A stretch of DNA of 64,000 bases, taken from Thermodesulfobacteriota bacterium (GTDB lineage Bacteria > Desulfobacterota_D > UBA1144 > Nemesobacterales > CSP1-2). Location: NCBI GenBank assembly GCA_035559815.1, contig DATMAT010000057.1:6359-70358 (forward strand), read 5' to 3'. Below, piece by piece: positions 9,668 through 19,804 of the stretch (the stretch's first letter is position 1; each line of letters begins with the position of its first letter). The notes below the pieces were generated by a model. It had not been told where the DNA came from, made no database searches, and saw only the letters and a list, made by a program, of their open reading frames with translations. Both the position numbers and the translations under genes were made by a program.

Positions 9668-11491
9668 GTGATGAGAGCATTCAAAAGAATTAACAGATTA
9701 ATTCAAGGCGGCTCTTCTTTTCTAGTTATGATTTTTTTCTCTGTGTTGCTCTTCTTTTATCAATTCCAATCTGAACCCCCAGCCTCCAGGGCGGACACGA
9801 TAATAAAAAACGGTAAAATTGCTACGCTTAACCAAGATAATCAATTCGTTTCTGCCGTTGCCATCAAAGGGGACGAATTCATTGCAATCGGAAGTGACCA
9901 GGAAATCCTGAACTATAAAGGTCCCGATACCAAGGTGATTGATGTAAAAGGGAAGACCGTTATTCCGGGGTTAAACGACTCCCACTCCCATTTAATAAGA
10001 GGGGGTCTAAATTACAACCTGGAACTGAGATGGGATGGAGTAAGGTCTTTGAATAAAGCGCTTGAGATGCTTAGAGAGCAAGCCAAACGGACTCCAGAAG
10101 GACAATGGGTTCGTGTTGTAGGCGGGTGGTCTGAGTATCAATTTAAGGAAAAGAGATTGCCAACACTTGAAGAGATAAACGAAGCTGCGCCCGACACACC
10201 GGTATTTGTGATGTATTTATATTCTTTAGGGTTTTTGAATAAAGCAGCTATTGAGGCGCTGGGTTATACAAAAGACACAAAATACCCCGGAGGAGAGATT
10301 CAACTGGATAAAAATGGAAACCCTACAGGGCTTCTCATAGCCAAGCCAAGCGCGCTGATTCTTTATTCAACGCTTCTCAAGGGGCCAAACCTCTCTACGG
10401 AAGACCAGCTTAATTCAACCCTTCATTTCTTTCGTGAGCTCAACCGGTTTGGTTTAACCAGTTCTATAGACGCAGGCGGCGGCGGTCAGAATTTCCCCAA
10501 TGACTACCAGGTTGCCAAAAGGCTAGCTCAGGAAGGTAAGTTGACAATTCGTATTTCCTACTATCTCTTTGCCCAAGAGAAAGGAAGGGAGCTTGAGAAC
10601 TACGAAGAATGGATAAAGATAGTTAAACCCGGTCATAATGGCGATATGTTTCGCCCAAACGGATATGTAATGGAAGGAGCCGGAGAAAACCTGACCTGGT
10701 CAGCGGCCGATTTTGAGAATTTCCTGGAACCTAGACCAACGCTCTCGGAAAACATGGAAGGGGAGCTTAAAGCAATAGTTCAGCTACTGGTAAAAAACCG
10801 CTGGCCCTTCAGAATCCATGCCACTTACGACGAATCCATCGAACGTTTTTTAAACGTATTTGAGGAGGTAAATAAGGAGACACCGTTTAACGGTTTAAGA
10901 TGGACTATCGACCATGCCGAAACCATTTCTGAAAGGAATCTAAATAGGGTCAAGGCCCTCGGCGGAGGTATAGCAGTTCAGAATCGTATGATGTTTCAAG
11001 GGGAACATTTTGTGGAAAGGTACGGTGCTAAGGCCGGAGAGAATGCTCCACCAATTAAGAAGATGTTAGACATGGGAATTCCGGTAGGACTGGGTACGGA
11101 CTGTACCAGAGTTTCAAGCTATAATCCCTGGCTGGCATTATACTGGATTACATCTGGCAAGACCTGGGGGGGAACGGTTATTTACCCGGAGGAAAACCGC
11201 CTCAGCCGGGTCGAAGCATTAAGACTAATGACTGAGGGCAGCGCGTGGTTTTCCGGCGAAGAAGGTGTAAAGGGAACGATTGAAGTTGGGAAATATGCCG
11301 ATTTGGCGGTTCTCTCGGCGGATTATTTCTCCGTTCCCGAGGAGGAAATAAAAAATATTGAATCGGTATTGACTATCGTAGGGGGAAAGCTAGTCTATGC
11401 GAAAGACGAGTTCAAAGACCTGGCTCCGTGGAATCTGCCTGTGAGTCCGGCTTGGTCCCCGGTTGCCGAATTTGGCAGTTATGTAAATTAG
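9668..11491 (+). CDS. Amidohydrolase-family metal-dependent hydrolase (Amidohydro_3), N-terminally anchored
   Basis: GKTVIPGLNDSHSHLIRGG is the HxH metal-binding motif. Length is 607 aa. The C-terminus carries GTDCTRVSSYNPW. Confidence 0.8.
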   Translation: MMRAFKRINRLIQGGSSFLVMIFFSVLLFFYQFQSEPPASRADTIIKNGKIATLNQDNQFVSAVAIKGDEFIAIGSDQEILNYKGPDTKVIDVKGKTVIPGLNDSHSHLIRGGLNYNLELRWDGVRSLNKALEMLREQAKRTPEGQWVRVVGGWSEYQFKEKRLPTLEEINEAAPDTPVFVMYLYSLGFLNKAAIEALGYTKDTKYPGGEIQLDKNGNPTGLLIAKPSALILYSTLLKGPNLSTEDQLNSTLHFFRELNRFGLTSSIDAGGGGQNFPNDYQVAKRLAQEGKLTIRISYYLFAQEKGRELENYEEWIKIVKPGHNGDMFRPNGYVMEGAGENLTWSAADFENFLEPRPTLSENMEGELKAIVQLLVKNRWPFRIHATYDESIERFLNVFEEVNKETPFNGLRWTIDHAETISERNLNRVKALGGGIAVQNRMMFQGEHFVERYGAKAGENAPPIKKMLDMGIPVGLGTDCTRVSSYNPWLALYWITSGKTWGGTVIYPEENRLSRVEALRLMTEGSAWFSGEEGVKGTIEVGKYADLAVLSADYFSVPEEEIKNIESVLTIVGGKLVYAKDEFKDLAPWNLPVSPAWSPVAEFGSYVN

Positions 11492-11669
11492 AAAATACGT
11501 CACGTCCAGCCGTTCTTTCGATAAAAAAGGTGCAAGTTTTAGACATAAATATTGCAGAATCGTTGCGACCACCAGGGCACGTAGAAGTAGAAAATGTCAT
11601 TTGGAATATCTTGGAGTGAATTGATTTTGTATAATACAGGAACAACTTTTATAGGAACCAGCTAGTTAT

Positions 11670-12929
11670 ATGCTCGATCACGACAAAAAGTTATCAGCTA
11701 ACTCCGATTTATTATCACTTTTCATCAGAGCGCCTAACTTGACAATTATAGTCTCGATTCTTTGCTTAATTTTAAGCCTCACCAGTTGCATTTCCCCGGT
11801 GATTTTAGACCAAGCGGTCTTACAATACGACGAGGCAGTTAACCAGACGCAATCTAAAATGCTTCTTCTAAATATTGCACGAGCGAGGCATTATCTCCCC
11901 ACCCATTTTACCTCTGTCTCAAACATCGCCGCCACTTACAACTTCGAGGTAAATGCCGGTATAACCGGAGGAGTAATCGAAGAGGGAGACACTCTCTTTG
12001 GCGTTTTAGGAGGAAGTGCGGCGGAAAATCCGACGATTAGCATAATTCCGTTCCAGGGGGAAGAATTCACCAAACGTCTTCTTACCCCGACAGACGAGAC
12101 AAAGTTTGAGTTTCTTTTCCATCGGGAAGCTGATATGGGGATCCTTTTAAGACTTATGGCAACTGCAATCTTTTTTGAAGAAGACGGTAAACGAGTTATT
12201 TACCGAAACGACCCAAGATACCCGGGAGAATACACAGAGTTTCGTCGCCGTGTCTTACACCTCTCATACCTCGACGAATCTCAAAAACTGGACGTCGGAG
12301 CCATTCAATATGAAGAAGAATGGCCGATACCAAAGGGTCAGCCGCCGAGTTCACAAGATTTAATAAATGCCCTGGAAAGTGGGTTTAGTTGGGAAATAGA
12401 TGAGGAAGGAAAGGCGTATATTTTGAGCAAAAAGTTAACGGGCCGAATGCTCATTGCCAATTATGACCCGGATCAACTGTCTAACAAAGAGCGACGCAAA
12501 CTACAAGATAGGGCTCAGCAGTTTCCCAGATATTTTATCCTGGTTGACATACGCCCCGGTTATCCCGGAGGGGATTACCCCTTTCAAGGATGGATCAAGC
12601 TTCGAAATTTCAACGGCATAATAGAATTTATCGCTCGGGGTATAGCAGATAGTCCAGAATTTGATGTAGTAAAGGACGCACGCACAGGCCCCGTGCTGAG
12701 AAACCCTGCTAAGACACTGGATATCAAGGAGACGAATAGAGAGCCCTTGGATGCAGCCTTGACGGTCGGGTTCAGAGGGAAAGTGTATTCGATAGCAAAT
12801 AAGCCGGATGAAGAGGGAATCTTCGGTAAATGGGACCGAGAGGCATTTGAGGTACTTTACCAACTATTTCAGATGACGGTGACAGATTTAACCCGAGTTC
12901 CCGTTCCGCCAATAACCATATCGAAGTAA
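11670..12929 (+). CDS. Hypothetical lipoprotein
   Basis: A hydrophobic N-terminus with an LSLTSC lipobox is present. I recognise no catalytic motif. Length is 419 aa. Confidence 0.5.
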   Translation: MLDHDKKLSANSDLLSLFIRAPNLTIIVSILCLILSLTSCISPVILDQAVLQYDEAVNQTQSKMLLLNIARARHYLPTHFTSVSNIAATYNFEVNAGITGGVIEEGDTLFGVLGGSAAENPTISIIPFQGEEFTKRLLTPTDETKFEFLFHREADMGILLRLMATAIFFEEDGKRVIYRNDPRYPGEYTEFRRRVLHLSYLDESQKLDVGAIQYEEEWPIPKGQPPSSQDLINALESGFSWEIDEEGKAYILSKKLTGRMLIANYDPDQLSNKERRKLQDRAQQFPRYFILVDIRPGYPGGDYPFQGWIKLRNFNGIIEFIARGIADSPEFDVVKDARTGPVLRNPAKTLDIKETNREPLDAALTVGFRGKVYSIANKPDEEGIFGKWDREAFEVLYQLFQMTVTDLTRVPVPPITISK

Positions 12930-12957
12930 TTTAAACCATTCTTTATGGTATCCTCAT

Positions 12958-14619
12958 TTGACTGCTGACGGCAGCTACCTTACGAAATCACAAAGCATGA
13001 ACGAGCAGCGTAAAGAGAATTCAGCCTGGACCCCTCTCAAAGAACCTATTTTTCGAGCACTGTGGATCGCCACGGTTGCATCAAACATCGGTACTTGGAT
13101 GCAGGATGTGGGGGCAGCATGGCTTATGACTTCGCTAGCGCCGTCACCCCTAATGGTCGCATTGGTCGAGGTAGCCACAACCCTGCCCATGTTTATGCTC
13201 GCCCTTCCTGCTGGAGCTCTGGCGGACATAGTCGACCGACGCCGTCTTCTACTCATTACCCAGGGATGGATGTTAGTAGTAGCCGCCGGACTCGGCATAT
13301 TGACTCTATTCGGCATTACTACCCCGTGGCTTCTATTAGCCTTCACTTTCTTACTGGGTTTGGGCGCAGCCATGAATGCACCCGCCTGGCAGGCCATAGT
13401 ACCGGAGCTGGTAACGATTAAAGAAATACCGGCCGCGGTTGCTCTTAACAGCGTCGGGTTCAATATTTCTCGCGCTGTCGGGCCCGCTCTGGGAGGGCTC
13501 ATTGTCGCCGCTGCCGGAGCCTACGCAGCGTTTATCTTGAACGCTGTCACGTTTCTGGGAGTTATAGTTGTTCTTTATCGCTGGCGCCGTAAGCCTAGTG
13601 ATAGCGCATTGCCCTCCGAACGTTTATTCGGGGCAATGCGGGCCGGGCTTCGTTATGTACGCCAATCAGAGGCCCTTCGCTCGGTCCTGGTTAGGAGTGG
13701 AGTTTTTATAATCTTCGCCAGTGCCATGTGGGCGCTCATGCCCCTTGTTGCCAGAATAGAACTGGGACGCGGCCCAGCCGGATATGGAATGCTTCTTACC
13801 TCCTTTGGAGTGGGTGCGGTGCTTGGGGCAACCGTCTTGCCCGCTTTTAGAAGAAGAATTTCGATAGATACGGTTGTTGCTGGTGCGACGATCCTGTTCG
13901 CCCTGGTGCTCCTTTCGTTTGCCTACCTCCGTATTTTTAGTCTCTTGTGCGCTGTTACATTAGTCGGGGGAGCCATGTGGCTGACGCTTCTATCCAGCTT
14001 CAACACTGCGGTGCAGGCGTCCGTTCCCTCTTGGGTTAGGGCCAGGGCCTTGTCCGTATACCTCCTTGTTTTCTTTGGGGGTTTTGCCGGGGCGAGTACA
14101 GTCTGGGGCATTACGGCAACGCATCTGGGGATTTCGAACACATTCGTAATTTCCTCTATAGGGCTCGCCCTTGGACTTGCCCTCACTCGCCGCTACCGTC
14201 TGATAAAATTCGAGGGGCTAGACCTTTCTCCTACAAAGCGCTGGCCTGCGCCGACAATGGTTCATAAAGTGGAACCAGACCATGGACCGGTGCTTGTAAC
14301 GATTGATTATCGAATCGACCCGGCAAGGTCTCGTGATTTTGCAAGAGTAATGAAGGCGGTGAGCGCAATACGTCTGAGAGACGGCGCTATTCGCTGGAAT
14401 CTATTCAAGGACACGGAAGACCCGGGGCGGTACTTGGAAACCTTCATCGTCGAATCTTGGATTGAACACCTGAGACAGCACGAGCGCGTAACCATTTCGG
14501 ACCACGAAATTTTAGACCAAGCGCTTGCCTATCACACCGGTAATAAACCCCCGGTTGTCTCACATTTCATCGCAGAGCCGTTAACCAAATATTTAGAGGA
14601 GGAATCATCTGATGAGTAA
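12958..14619 (+). CDS. MFS transporter with a roughly 130-aa C-terminal soluble extension
   Basis: There are about 12 predicted TM helices and an MFS-like loop GAALGGLIV... The more likely start is the internal MNEQRK. The soluble C-terminus is VLVTIDYRIDPARSRDF... Confidence 0.75.
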   Translation: MTADGSYLTKSQSMNEQRKENSAWTPLKEPIFRALWIATVASNIGTWMQDVGAAWLMTSLAPSPLMVALVEVATTLPMFMLALPAGALADIVDRRRLLLITQGWMLVVAAGLGILTLFGITTPWLLLAFTFLLGLGAAMNAPAWQAIVPELVTIKEIPAAVALNSVGFNISRAVGPALGGLIVAAAGAYAAFILNAVTFLGVIVVLYRWRRKPSDSALPSERLFGAMRAGLRYVRQSEALRSVLVRSGVFIIFASAMWALMPLVARIELGRGPAGYGMLLTSFGVGAVLGATVLPAFRRRISIDTVVAGATILFALVLLSFAYLRIFSLLCAVTLVGGAMWLTLLSSFNTAVQASVPSWVRARALSVYLLVFFGGFAGASTVWGITATHLGISNTFVISSIGLALGLALTRRYRLIKFEGLDLSPTKRWPAPTMVHKVEPDHGPVLVTIDYRIDPARSRDFARVMKAVSAIRLRDGAIRWNLFKDTEDPGRYLETFIVESWIEHLRQHERVTISDHEILDQALAYHTGNKPPVVSHFIAEPLTKYLEEESSDE

Positions 14620-15559
14620 AGAAATTCTGGGAATACATCATGTCACCGCAATAGCCGGCGAGCCGCAGGAGAACGTGGATTTCTATGCCGGAATACTGGG
14701 CTTACGCCTGGTCAAACAGACCGTTAATTACGACGACCCCGGCACATACCACCTTTATTACGGAGACGAGCTTGGCCATCCCGGCACGATTATGACTTTT
14801 TTCCCTTGGCCGGGAGCACGCAGGGGACAACGAGGCACCGGGCAGGTAACGGTTACGTCATTCTCAGTACCGGAGGGGTCTTTCAGCTACTGGACAGAAA
14901 GATTCAAACAAAACGACATAGCTTTTGAAGACCCGGTCCGCCGTTTCGATGAGGAAGTGCTCACCTTCCTTGACCCGGATGGGTTAGTTCTTGAGCTGGT
15001 ATCTCATGCCCGTGCGGATGAGCGTAGCCCATGGAAAGATGGCCCTATTCCCCAAGAACACGCTATAAGGGGATTCTACGGCGTGACTATCACGGTTGAA
15101 GGGTACGAGCGCACTGCATCATTATTAACTCAAGTACTTGGCTTCCGTTATCTCAATGATACCAGCAACAGGTTTAGATATGAAGCGGGGCCGGGGGGTT
15201 CCGGCACTCTCATCGACGTCCTCTGTCTTCCCTACGGAACTATGGGTAGAATAGCCGTTGGCACCGTTCACCACGTTGCCTGGCGAGTGGCCAAACATGA
15301 AGAGCAAAAAGCCCTGAGGGAAGAGATTGCCGGGCTAGGGTTTAACGTTACTCCGGTTATTAACCGCAATTATTTTCACTCGATTTACTTTCGAGAGCCC
15401 GGGGGCGTTCTATTTGAGATTGCCACCGACCCACCCGGATTCACTGTAGATGAATCACCGGAGCAACTGGGAACAAAACTACAGCTTCCGCCCTGGCTTG
15501 AACCAAATCGGGCGAAGATTGAGCAGATTCTTCCTCCATTGCGTTTGCCGAAGCTATGA
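14612..15559 (+). CDS. VOC-family ring-cleaving (extradiol/MhqO-like) dioxygenase
   Basis: GIHHVTAIAGEPQENVDFYAGILGLRLVK indicates two glyoxalase/VOC modules. The start overlaps the MFS gene stop (ATGA). Confidence 0.8.
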   Translation: MSKEILGIHHVTAIAGEPQENVDFYAGILGLRLVKQTVNYDDPGTYHLYYGDELGHPGTIMTFFPWPGARRGQRGTGQVTVTSFSVPEGSFSYWTERFKQNDIAFEDPVRRFDEEVLTFLDPDGLVLELVSHARADERSPWKDGPIPQEHAIRGFYGVTITVEGYERTASLLTQVLGFRYLNDTSNRFRYEAGPGGSGTLIDVLCLPYGTMGRIAVGTVHHVAWRVAKHEEQKALREEIAGLGFNVTPVINRNYFHSIYFREPGGVLFEIATDPPGFTVDESPEQLGTKLQLPPWLEPNRAKIEQILPPLRLPKL

Positions 15560-15639
15560 GGAAGAGTGATATTATAACTTCAACCTCTGATGAGGAAATA
15601 TGGCTGTCATCATTCCGAACCCTTCGATTCCTCAGGGTA

Positions 15640-15880
15640 AACTATGTGAGGAATCTTATTCGGTTTAGGGAATTTTCCCTTTCTTGTCATTCCCACGAAT
15701 CTTGTCCTCGCGGAAGCGGGGAGTGGGAATCCAGTCTTTAATTATGGATCCCGGATAAAGCTTGTCCCCGCATGTATTTAGCGGGGAACATTCGGGGATG
15801 ACAGAAAGGGTGGACACCCGATTGACCCCCGGTTTAACCGGGAAGACGGGAATGACAACACAAGGTGCCCGATTGATCCT
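15640..15880. repeat. Cluster of GTCATTCCC/GGGAATGAC palindromic repeats
   Basis: cttgtcattcccacgaa...gtgggaatccag, cggggaacattcggggatgacag, and gacgggaatgacaac are present. The same core occurs at 45650-45780 and 41490-41590. Confidence 0.5.
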
Positions 15881-15926
15881 TCAGTCTACTGGAATGGAGA
15901 CAAGGTGCAGAATTGGCACGACGTGA

Positions 15927-16565
15927 GTGAGTAAAATGACTATTAAAGACCTCGGATTTATTCATTCCTTTGTCCCGGCGGAAAACCCGGAATCGTCTAC
16001 AACCTTACTCCTACTTCACGGAACGGGAGGAAACGAGGAGAGCTTGCTTTCACTCGGAAATACGCTGTCTCCGGGATCAGCATTACTCAGTCCGAGAGGC
16101 AAGGTGCTCGAAAATGGAATGCCTCGGTTCTTCAGGCGTTTTGCCGAAGGGGTTTTTGACCTCGAAGACCTGGTCTTCCGTACTCACGAACTGGCCGAGT
16201 TTATCGAGGCTTCATCCGTCGTTTACGATTTCGACCTGAGTAGGCTCGTAGCGGTTGGATATTCGAATGGAGCCAATATTGCCGTCAGCATTTTATTGCT
16301 GCATCCGAAACTCCTAGCCGGGGCAGTCTTGTTTCGCCCCATGGTGCCCTTCATGCCCCGGATAATGCCCGACCTCGCTAGAATCCCTGTCCTCATATCC
16401 GCCGGAATACATGATCCCATTGTTAGCGAAGAAGAGTCGGAAAGATTGTCCGAGCTACTTCAGAACGCCGGGGCGAATGTCACATTTCTTTGGCAAAAAA
16501 GGGGACACGATCTGGGATCCGACGAAATTAAATATGCTAAAGAATGGCTGTCCAAGCTGTGGTGA
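15927..16565 (+). CDS. Alpha/beta-hydrolase, phospholipase/carboxylesterase family (MhqD-like)
   Basis: LLLLHGTGGNEES and the nucleophile elbow VGYSNGANIA are present. The catalytic D/H are near the C-terminus. Confidence 0.8.
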   Translation: MSKMTIKDLGFIHSFVPAENPESSTTLLLLHGTGGNEESLLSLGNTLSPGSALLSPRGKVLENGMPRFFRRFAEGVFDLEDLVFRTHELAEFIEASSVVYDFDLSRLVAVGYSNGANIAVSILLLHPKLLAGAVLFRPMVPFMPRIMPDLARIPVLISAGIHDPIVSEEESERLSELLQNAGANVTFLWQKRGHDLGSDEIKYAKEWLSKLW

Positions 16566-16598
16566 ATTCATATCCCTGCCCTAGATTGTTCCTTATGT

Positions 16599-16622
16599 AG
16601 AGACGCAACATTTTGCGTCTCT
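16599..16622 (+). terminator. Hairpin after the esterase gene
   Basis: A perfect 10-bp stem AGAGACGCAA-catt-TTGCGTCTCT. There is no strong U-tract. Confidence 0.35.
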
Positions 16623-16733
16623 ATAGTACTAGAAGGTCTGAATTCGATTGTTTGCCTAAGTTAAATTTTCTAAGATATTATTTATCGATATAGAAAAGCA
16701 AAATTGTTCATAATAAGAGATTGATTGTCAGAG

Positions 16734-16798
16734 TTGGCCTGATGGTAATCAAAGGACTTCAATGACGTATAAATAAGAAGCAACCCCTCTTTAATTTT
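16734..16798. repeat. Conserved roughly 65-nt element (copy A)
   Basis: TTGGCCTGATGGTAATCAAAGGACTTCAATGACGTATAAATAAGAAGCAACCCCTCTTTAATTTTC; see copy B at 30952-31016. Confidence 0.55.
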
Positions 16799-16979
16799 CC
16801 CCTTACCGAGGGGGGAAACACAAGGGGGGATAGAAAAACTATTTGAACTAACAGGGTTAGGACAGCGTTTGCATAGCAAACAAAAAAGAGGGTAACCTGA
16901 TTTTAAAAAGATGCTGTTATTATCTAAAGGCCTTGTTTTACGAGTATGAATCGTTAGTTTCTAATTATTTTGGAAAGCA

Positions 16980-17711
16980 GTGATGGAAGAGGAAATTCAA
17001 AAGGCAAAAGAAATACTTAGAAACGCACGTGGGATTACCGTCCTCACCGGTGCGGGTATTTCCGCGGAAAGCGGTATTCCCACCTTTCGCGGAGAAGACG
17101 GCCTCTGGAAGAAATATAACCCTGTAGATGTGGATACCGCCGACGGCTTTAGACGGAATCCCCAGTATGTGTGGGAATGGTATAACGGCTTAAGGGAACT
17201 CATATCCACGAAAAAGCCAAATCCAGCCCATCATGCCCTTTTCAAACTGGAAAAGATAAAACCCTATTTTAGCATCATAACCCAGAACGTGGACGACCTT
17301 CATCGGGTCTCCGGAAACAAGAATATAATCGAATTACACGGCAACATCTTTCGGACCAGATGTGTTGAATGTTTACATGAAGAAGAAAACCGGGAGGTTC
17401 CGTTAGCCGAGATACCTCCACGCTGTAAAAAGTGCGGAGGACTACTAAGGCCTGCCGTTGTGTGGTTCGAGGATTACATTCCACTACCAATAATAGACTC
17501 ATGTCTTTTATCGATCGAGAATTCCGACGTAATGCTTATTATTGGGACTTCCGGATTGGTAGAACCTGCTGCTTCGATGGGCCTCGTAGCTAAGCATATC
17601 GGAAAGACGGTAATCGAGGTAAACCTGGAGGAGTCCACCCATTCTCAGAAGTACGACCTGGTTCTTTTGGGAAAAGCGGGAGAGATCTTACCAAGAATTA
17701 TCCCTGACTGA
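16980..17711 (+). CDS. cobB: NAD-dependent protein deacylase, Sir2 family
   Basis: GAGISAESGIPTFRG and a Zn ribbon CxxC...CxxC (CVEC...CKKCGG) are present. Length is 243 aa. Confidence 0.9.
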   Translation: MMEEEIQKAKEILRNARGITVLTGAGISAESGIPTFRGEDGLWKKYNPVDVDTADGFRRNPQYVWEWYNGLRELISTKKPNPAHHALFKLEKIKPYFSIITQNVDDLHRVSGNKNIIELHGNIFRTRCVECLHEEENREVPLAEIPPRCKKCGGLLRPAVVWFEDYIPLPIIDSCLLSIENSDVMLIIGTSGLVEPAASMGLVAKHIGKTVIEVNLEESTHSQKYDLVLLGKAGEILPRIIPD

Positions 17712-17948
17712 ATAGGTTTATTATCTCTTTTTACCAACGGATATAAATCCGCTCATACTGAGCTTGTCGAAGTATGAATTTAACACATAAGGTGTTCGTC
17801 CTTCGATAGTTCGACAAGCCCACTACTCAGGACGAACGGATTGGTTGCTTTTGTCCTCTATCCTATTCTTTCTTCATGGTGAGCCCTTGGACTTCGCTTA
17901 GAGCTTGTCCTGAGTAAAACAAAGGAATAAACTCATGCGAAGGAGCTT

Positions 17949-18019
17949 ACTAGGAATCTGACAGAAGTGTCATTTCGGATGAACATGAGGAATCTTAAAC
18001 AATTTCATTACTAAGATTC
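17949..18019. mobile_element. Small MITE-like element (71 nt) of the same family
   Basis: GTCATTTCGGATGAACATGAGGAATCTTAAAC...TAAGATTCCTCCCTTCGGCTGGAATGAC has termini that match the 31095-31210 element. Confidence 0.5.
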
Positions 18020-18119
18020 CTCCCTTCGGCTGGAATGACAACCGGGTCTGATTACCTCTTAAAAGAATTTATCCCTGCCTGCCTTCCTTCCATGTCATTG
18101 CGAACGTTCCAGTTCCCTG

Positions 18120-18340
18120 ACTTCCTCCCTCTTGATCGCTACCCCCAGATCCCAGCGAAGCAATCTCGCTTTTTTCAAGGGATTGCTTCGTCGTGGAATT
18201 TATCCTGAGCCTGCCGAAGGACTCCCTCGCAATGACACCCAAAAGCATTCCAAGTCTCCACTCTCACCACTTGCGATTACCTACCGTCCCTGTCATTGCG
18301 AGCCGCCGTCTTTTGGCGGCGTGGCAATCTCTTATTTTGA
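18120..18340. repeat. Additional GTCATTGCGA...TCGCAATGAC-type palindromic repeats
   Basis: gtcattgcgaacg, ctcgcaatgacaccc, and gtcattgcgagccgccgtcttttggcggcgtggcaatctc are present. The segment 18170-18250 is homologous to 30610-30680. Confidence 0.5.
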
Positions 18341-18429
18341 ACAAGTTTGATTTGCTAGAAAATTTAACCCCCGTCCTTGCCCACCGAACCTAAGCGTAAG
18401 ACATCAGTAATATCCTCTCAATTTAATCA

Positions 18430-18465
18430 TCCTTATTGCGGAAATTTTTTGAAACTTTTCGTCTA
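18430..18465 (+). promoter_or_regulatory. ECF-type promoter-like motif upstream of the GGDEF gene
   Basis: CTTTTCGTCTA at 18455-18465, which is 38 nt upstream of the ATG at 18503. The RBS AAAAAGGAGGG lies between them. Confidence 0.45.
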
Positions 18466-18502
18466 AGACTGGCTAAAGGATCAAAAAGGAGGGTGATGGG
18501 AG

Positions 18503-19555
18503 ATGAAGACTAAGGTGGTTTCTTCCGTTGTTAAGTCAGTCTCTGGCCCGGATACACAGCCATCTGTGCAGAGTAAAGAGCTGTCGACATACAATAACCC
18601 GGAGATTGAAGAGCTAAAGATAGTCAGAAATAAAGGGTCAGCGGCATACAAATTCCATACTTTAATATCATACATACCCCTGCCCAAGAGCTACCTCGGT
18701 AAAATCACCCTGCTTATATTTCTAGCCGGATATCTCCCCATCCTGGCTTTCGTACTTTATCTTTTAACTTCTCACCCGAACGACCCGGCTTCAAAGCTTC
18801 AGATTTTCGGCATCAGCCTCGCTTTTGCCCTTCTGGGGCTAGCCGTCACCGCTTACCCGCTGAAATTGCTGCTTTCATCGTTATTGGTAGTCTCTCGCGC
18901 CCTCGACCAGTACATAAACGATAAAAAGATTCCGACGTTGTCCACCAGCCAGATCGATGAACTGGAGAGATTAATGCTGGATATTGAATTTAAGATACTC
19001 GACCTCCAGGGGCACATCCGGTCACTCGAAAAAAGGTCTATGACGGACTATCTAACCGGAATCCAAAACCGGTACTCTGCAGAGAGGCAGCTTAAGGAAG
19101 ATATCGCCCGTGCTCAGAGAAGCGGAAAAGAAATCTCATTAATAATCCTGGATATCGACGAATTCAAGCTTATCAACGACCGTTACGGCCACGATGTGGG
19201 GGATATTTGTTTAAAGCATGTAGTCGAGATAATCCAGGGCGGCATACGCAAGGGAGACTGGCTGGGGAGATGGGGAGGAGATGAATTCGTATTATTACTC
19301 TTCGATTCTGATGAAAAATCCTCGAGAAAAATAGTGGAGCGCATTGGTGACGCGGTGAAGGAGCAACCGGCCTTGACACCCAAGGGCGAGATAAGCATGA
19401 GCCTGAGCGTGGGCATATGCCAGCACAATGGAAAAGACCAAGCGGAGGAGCTTTTCAAGAAGGCCGATTGTGCCCTTTTATTGGCGAAGCGATTAGGAAA
19501 GTCGCAAATAGTCTATTACTCCAATACCCTCCCTATCTCAGCTACACATACTTAG
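18503..19555 (+). CDS. Membrane-anchored diguanylate cyclase (GGDEF domain)
   Basis: Two TM helices are followed by a coiled coil and then GRWGGDEFVLLL, the GG(D/E)EF active site. An I-site-like RxxD lies upstream of it. Confidence 0.85.
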   Translation: MKTKVVSSVVKSVSGPDTQPSVQSKELSTYNNPEIEELKIVRNKGSAAYKFHTLISYIPLPKSYLGKITLLIFLAGYLPILAFVLYLLTSHPNDPASKLQIFGISLAFALLGLAVTAYPLKLLLSSLLVVSRALDQYINDKKIPTLSTSQIDELERLMLDIEFKILDLQGHIRSLEKRSMTDYLTGIQNRYSAERQLKEDIARAQRSGKEISLIILDIDEFKLINDRYGHDVGDICLKHVVEIIQGGIRKGDWLGRWGGDEFVLLLFDSDEKSSRKIVERIGDAVKEQPALTPKGEISMSLSVGICQHNGKDQAEELFKKADCALLLAKRLGKSQIVYYSNTLPISATHT

Positions 19556-19804
19556 CTCCTAACGGTTATTATTAGCGACGCAAATGTTTACGAGAGGACT
19601 TTTCTTGAACCCTTCTTAATAATGTAATAAAATGAGCTATCGAAAAAGGATGGAGGTCGTGATATTCAGCCTAAATTATCGTCAGCCCTCCGCGGCTACG
19701 GACACCTGCCCGAACGTAATTTTCTTTACCGAAGGTTTTACCAGTTTAACCAATATCGAAGAACACCGTATTTCTGCTTTCCTCTAAAAACCTAGGAGAC
19801 AGAA

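Noticed and set aside
18132-18393. Small ORFs (66-72 aa) within the 17.7-18.5 kb repeat region
   Set aside because: They are translations of the palindromic repeats (Pro/Ser/Leu-rich) without an RBS, so they are unlikely to be coding.
15560-18480. CRISPR array in the repeat-rich gene deserts
   Set aside because: The repeats are imperfect palindromes of varying length with no regular repeat-spacer periodicity, and there are no cas genes.
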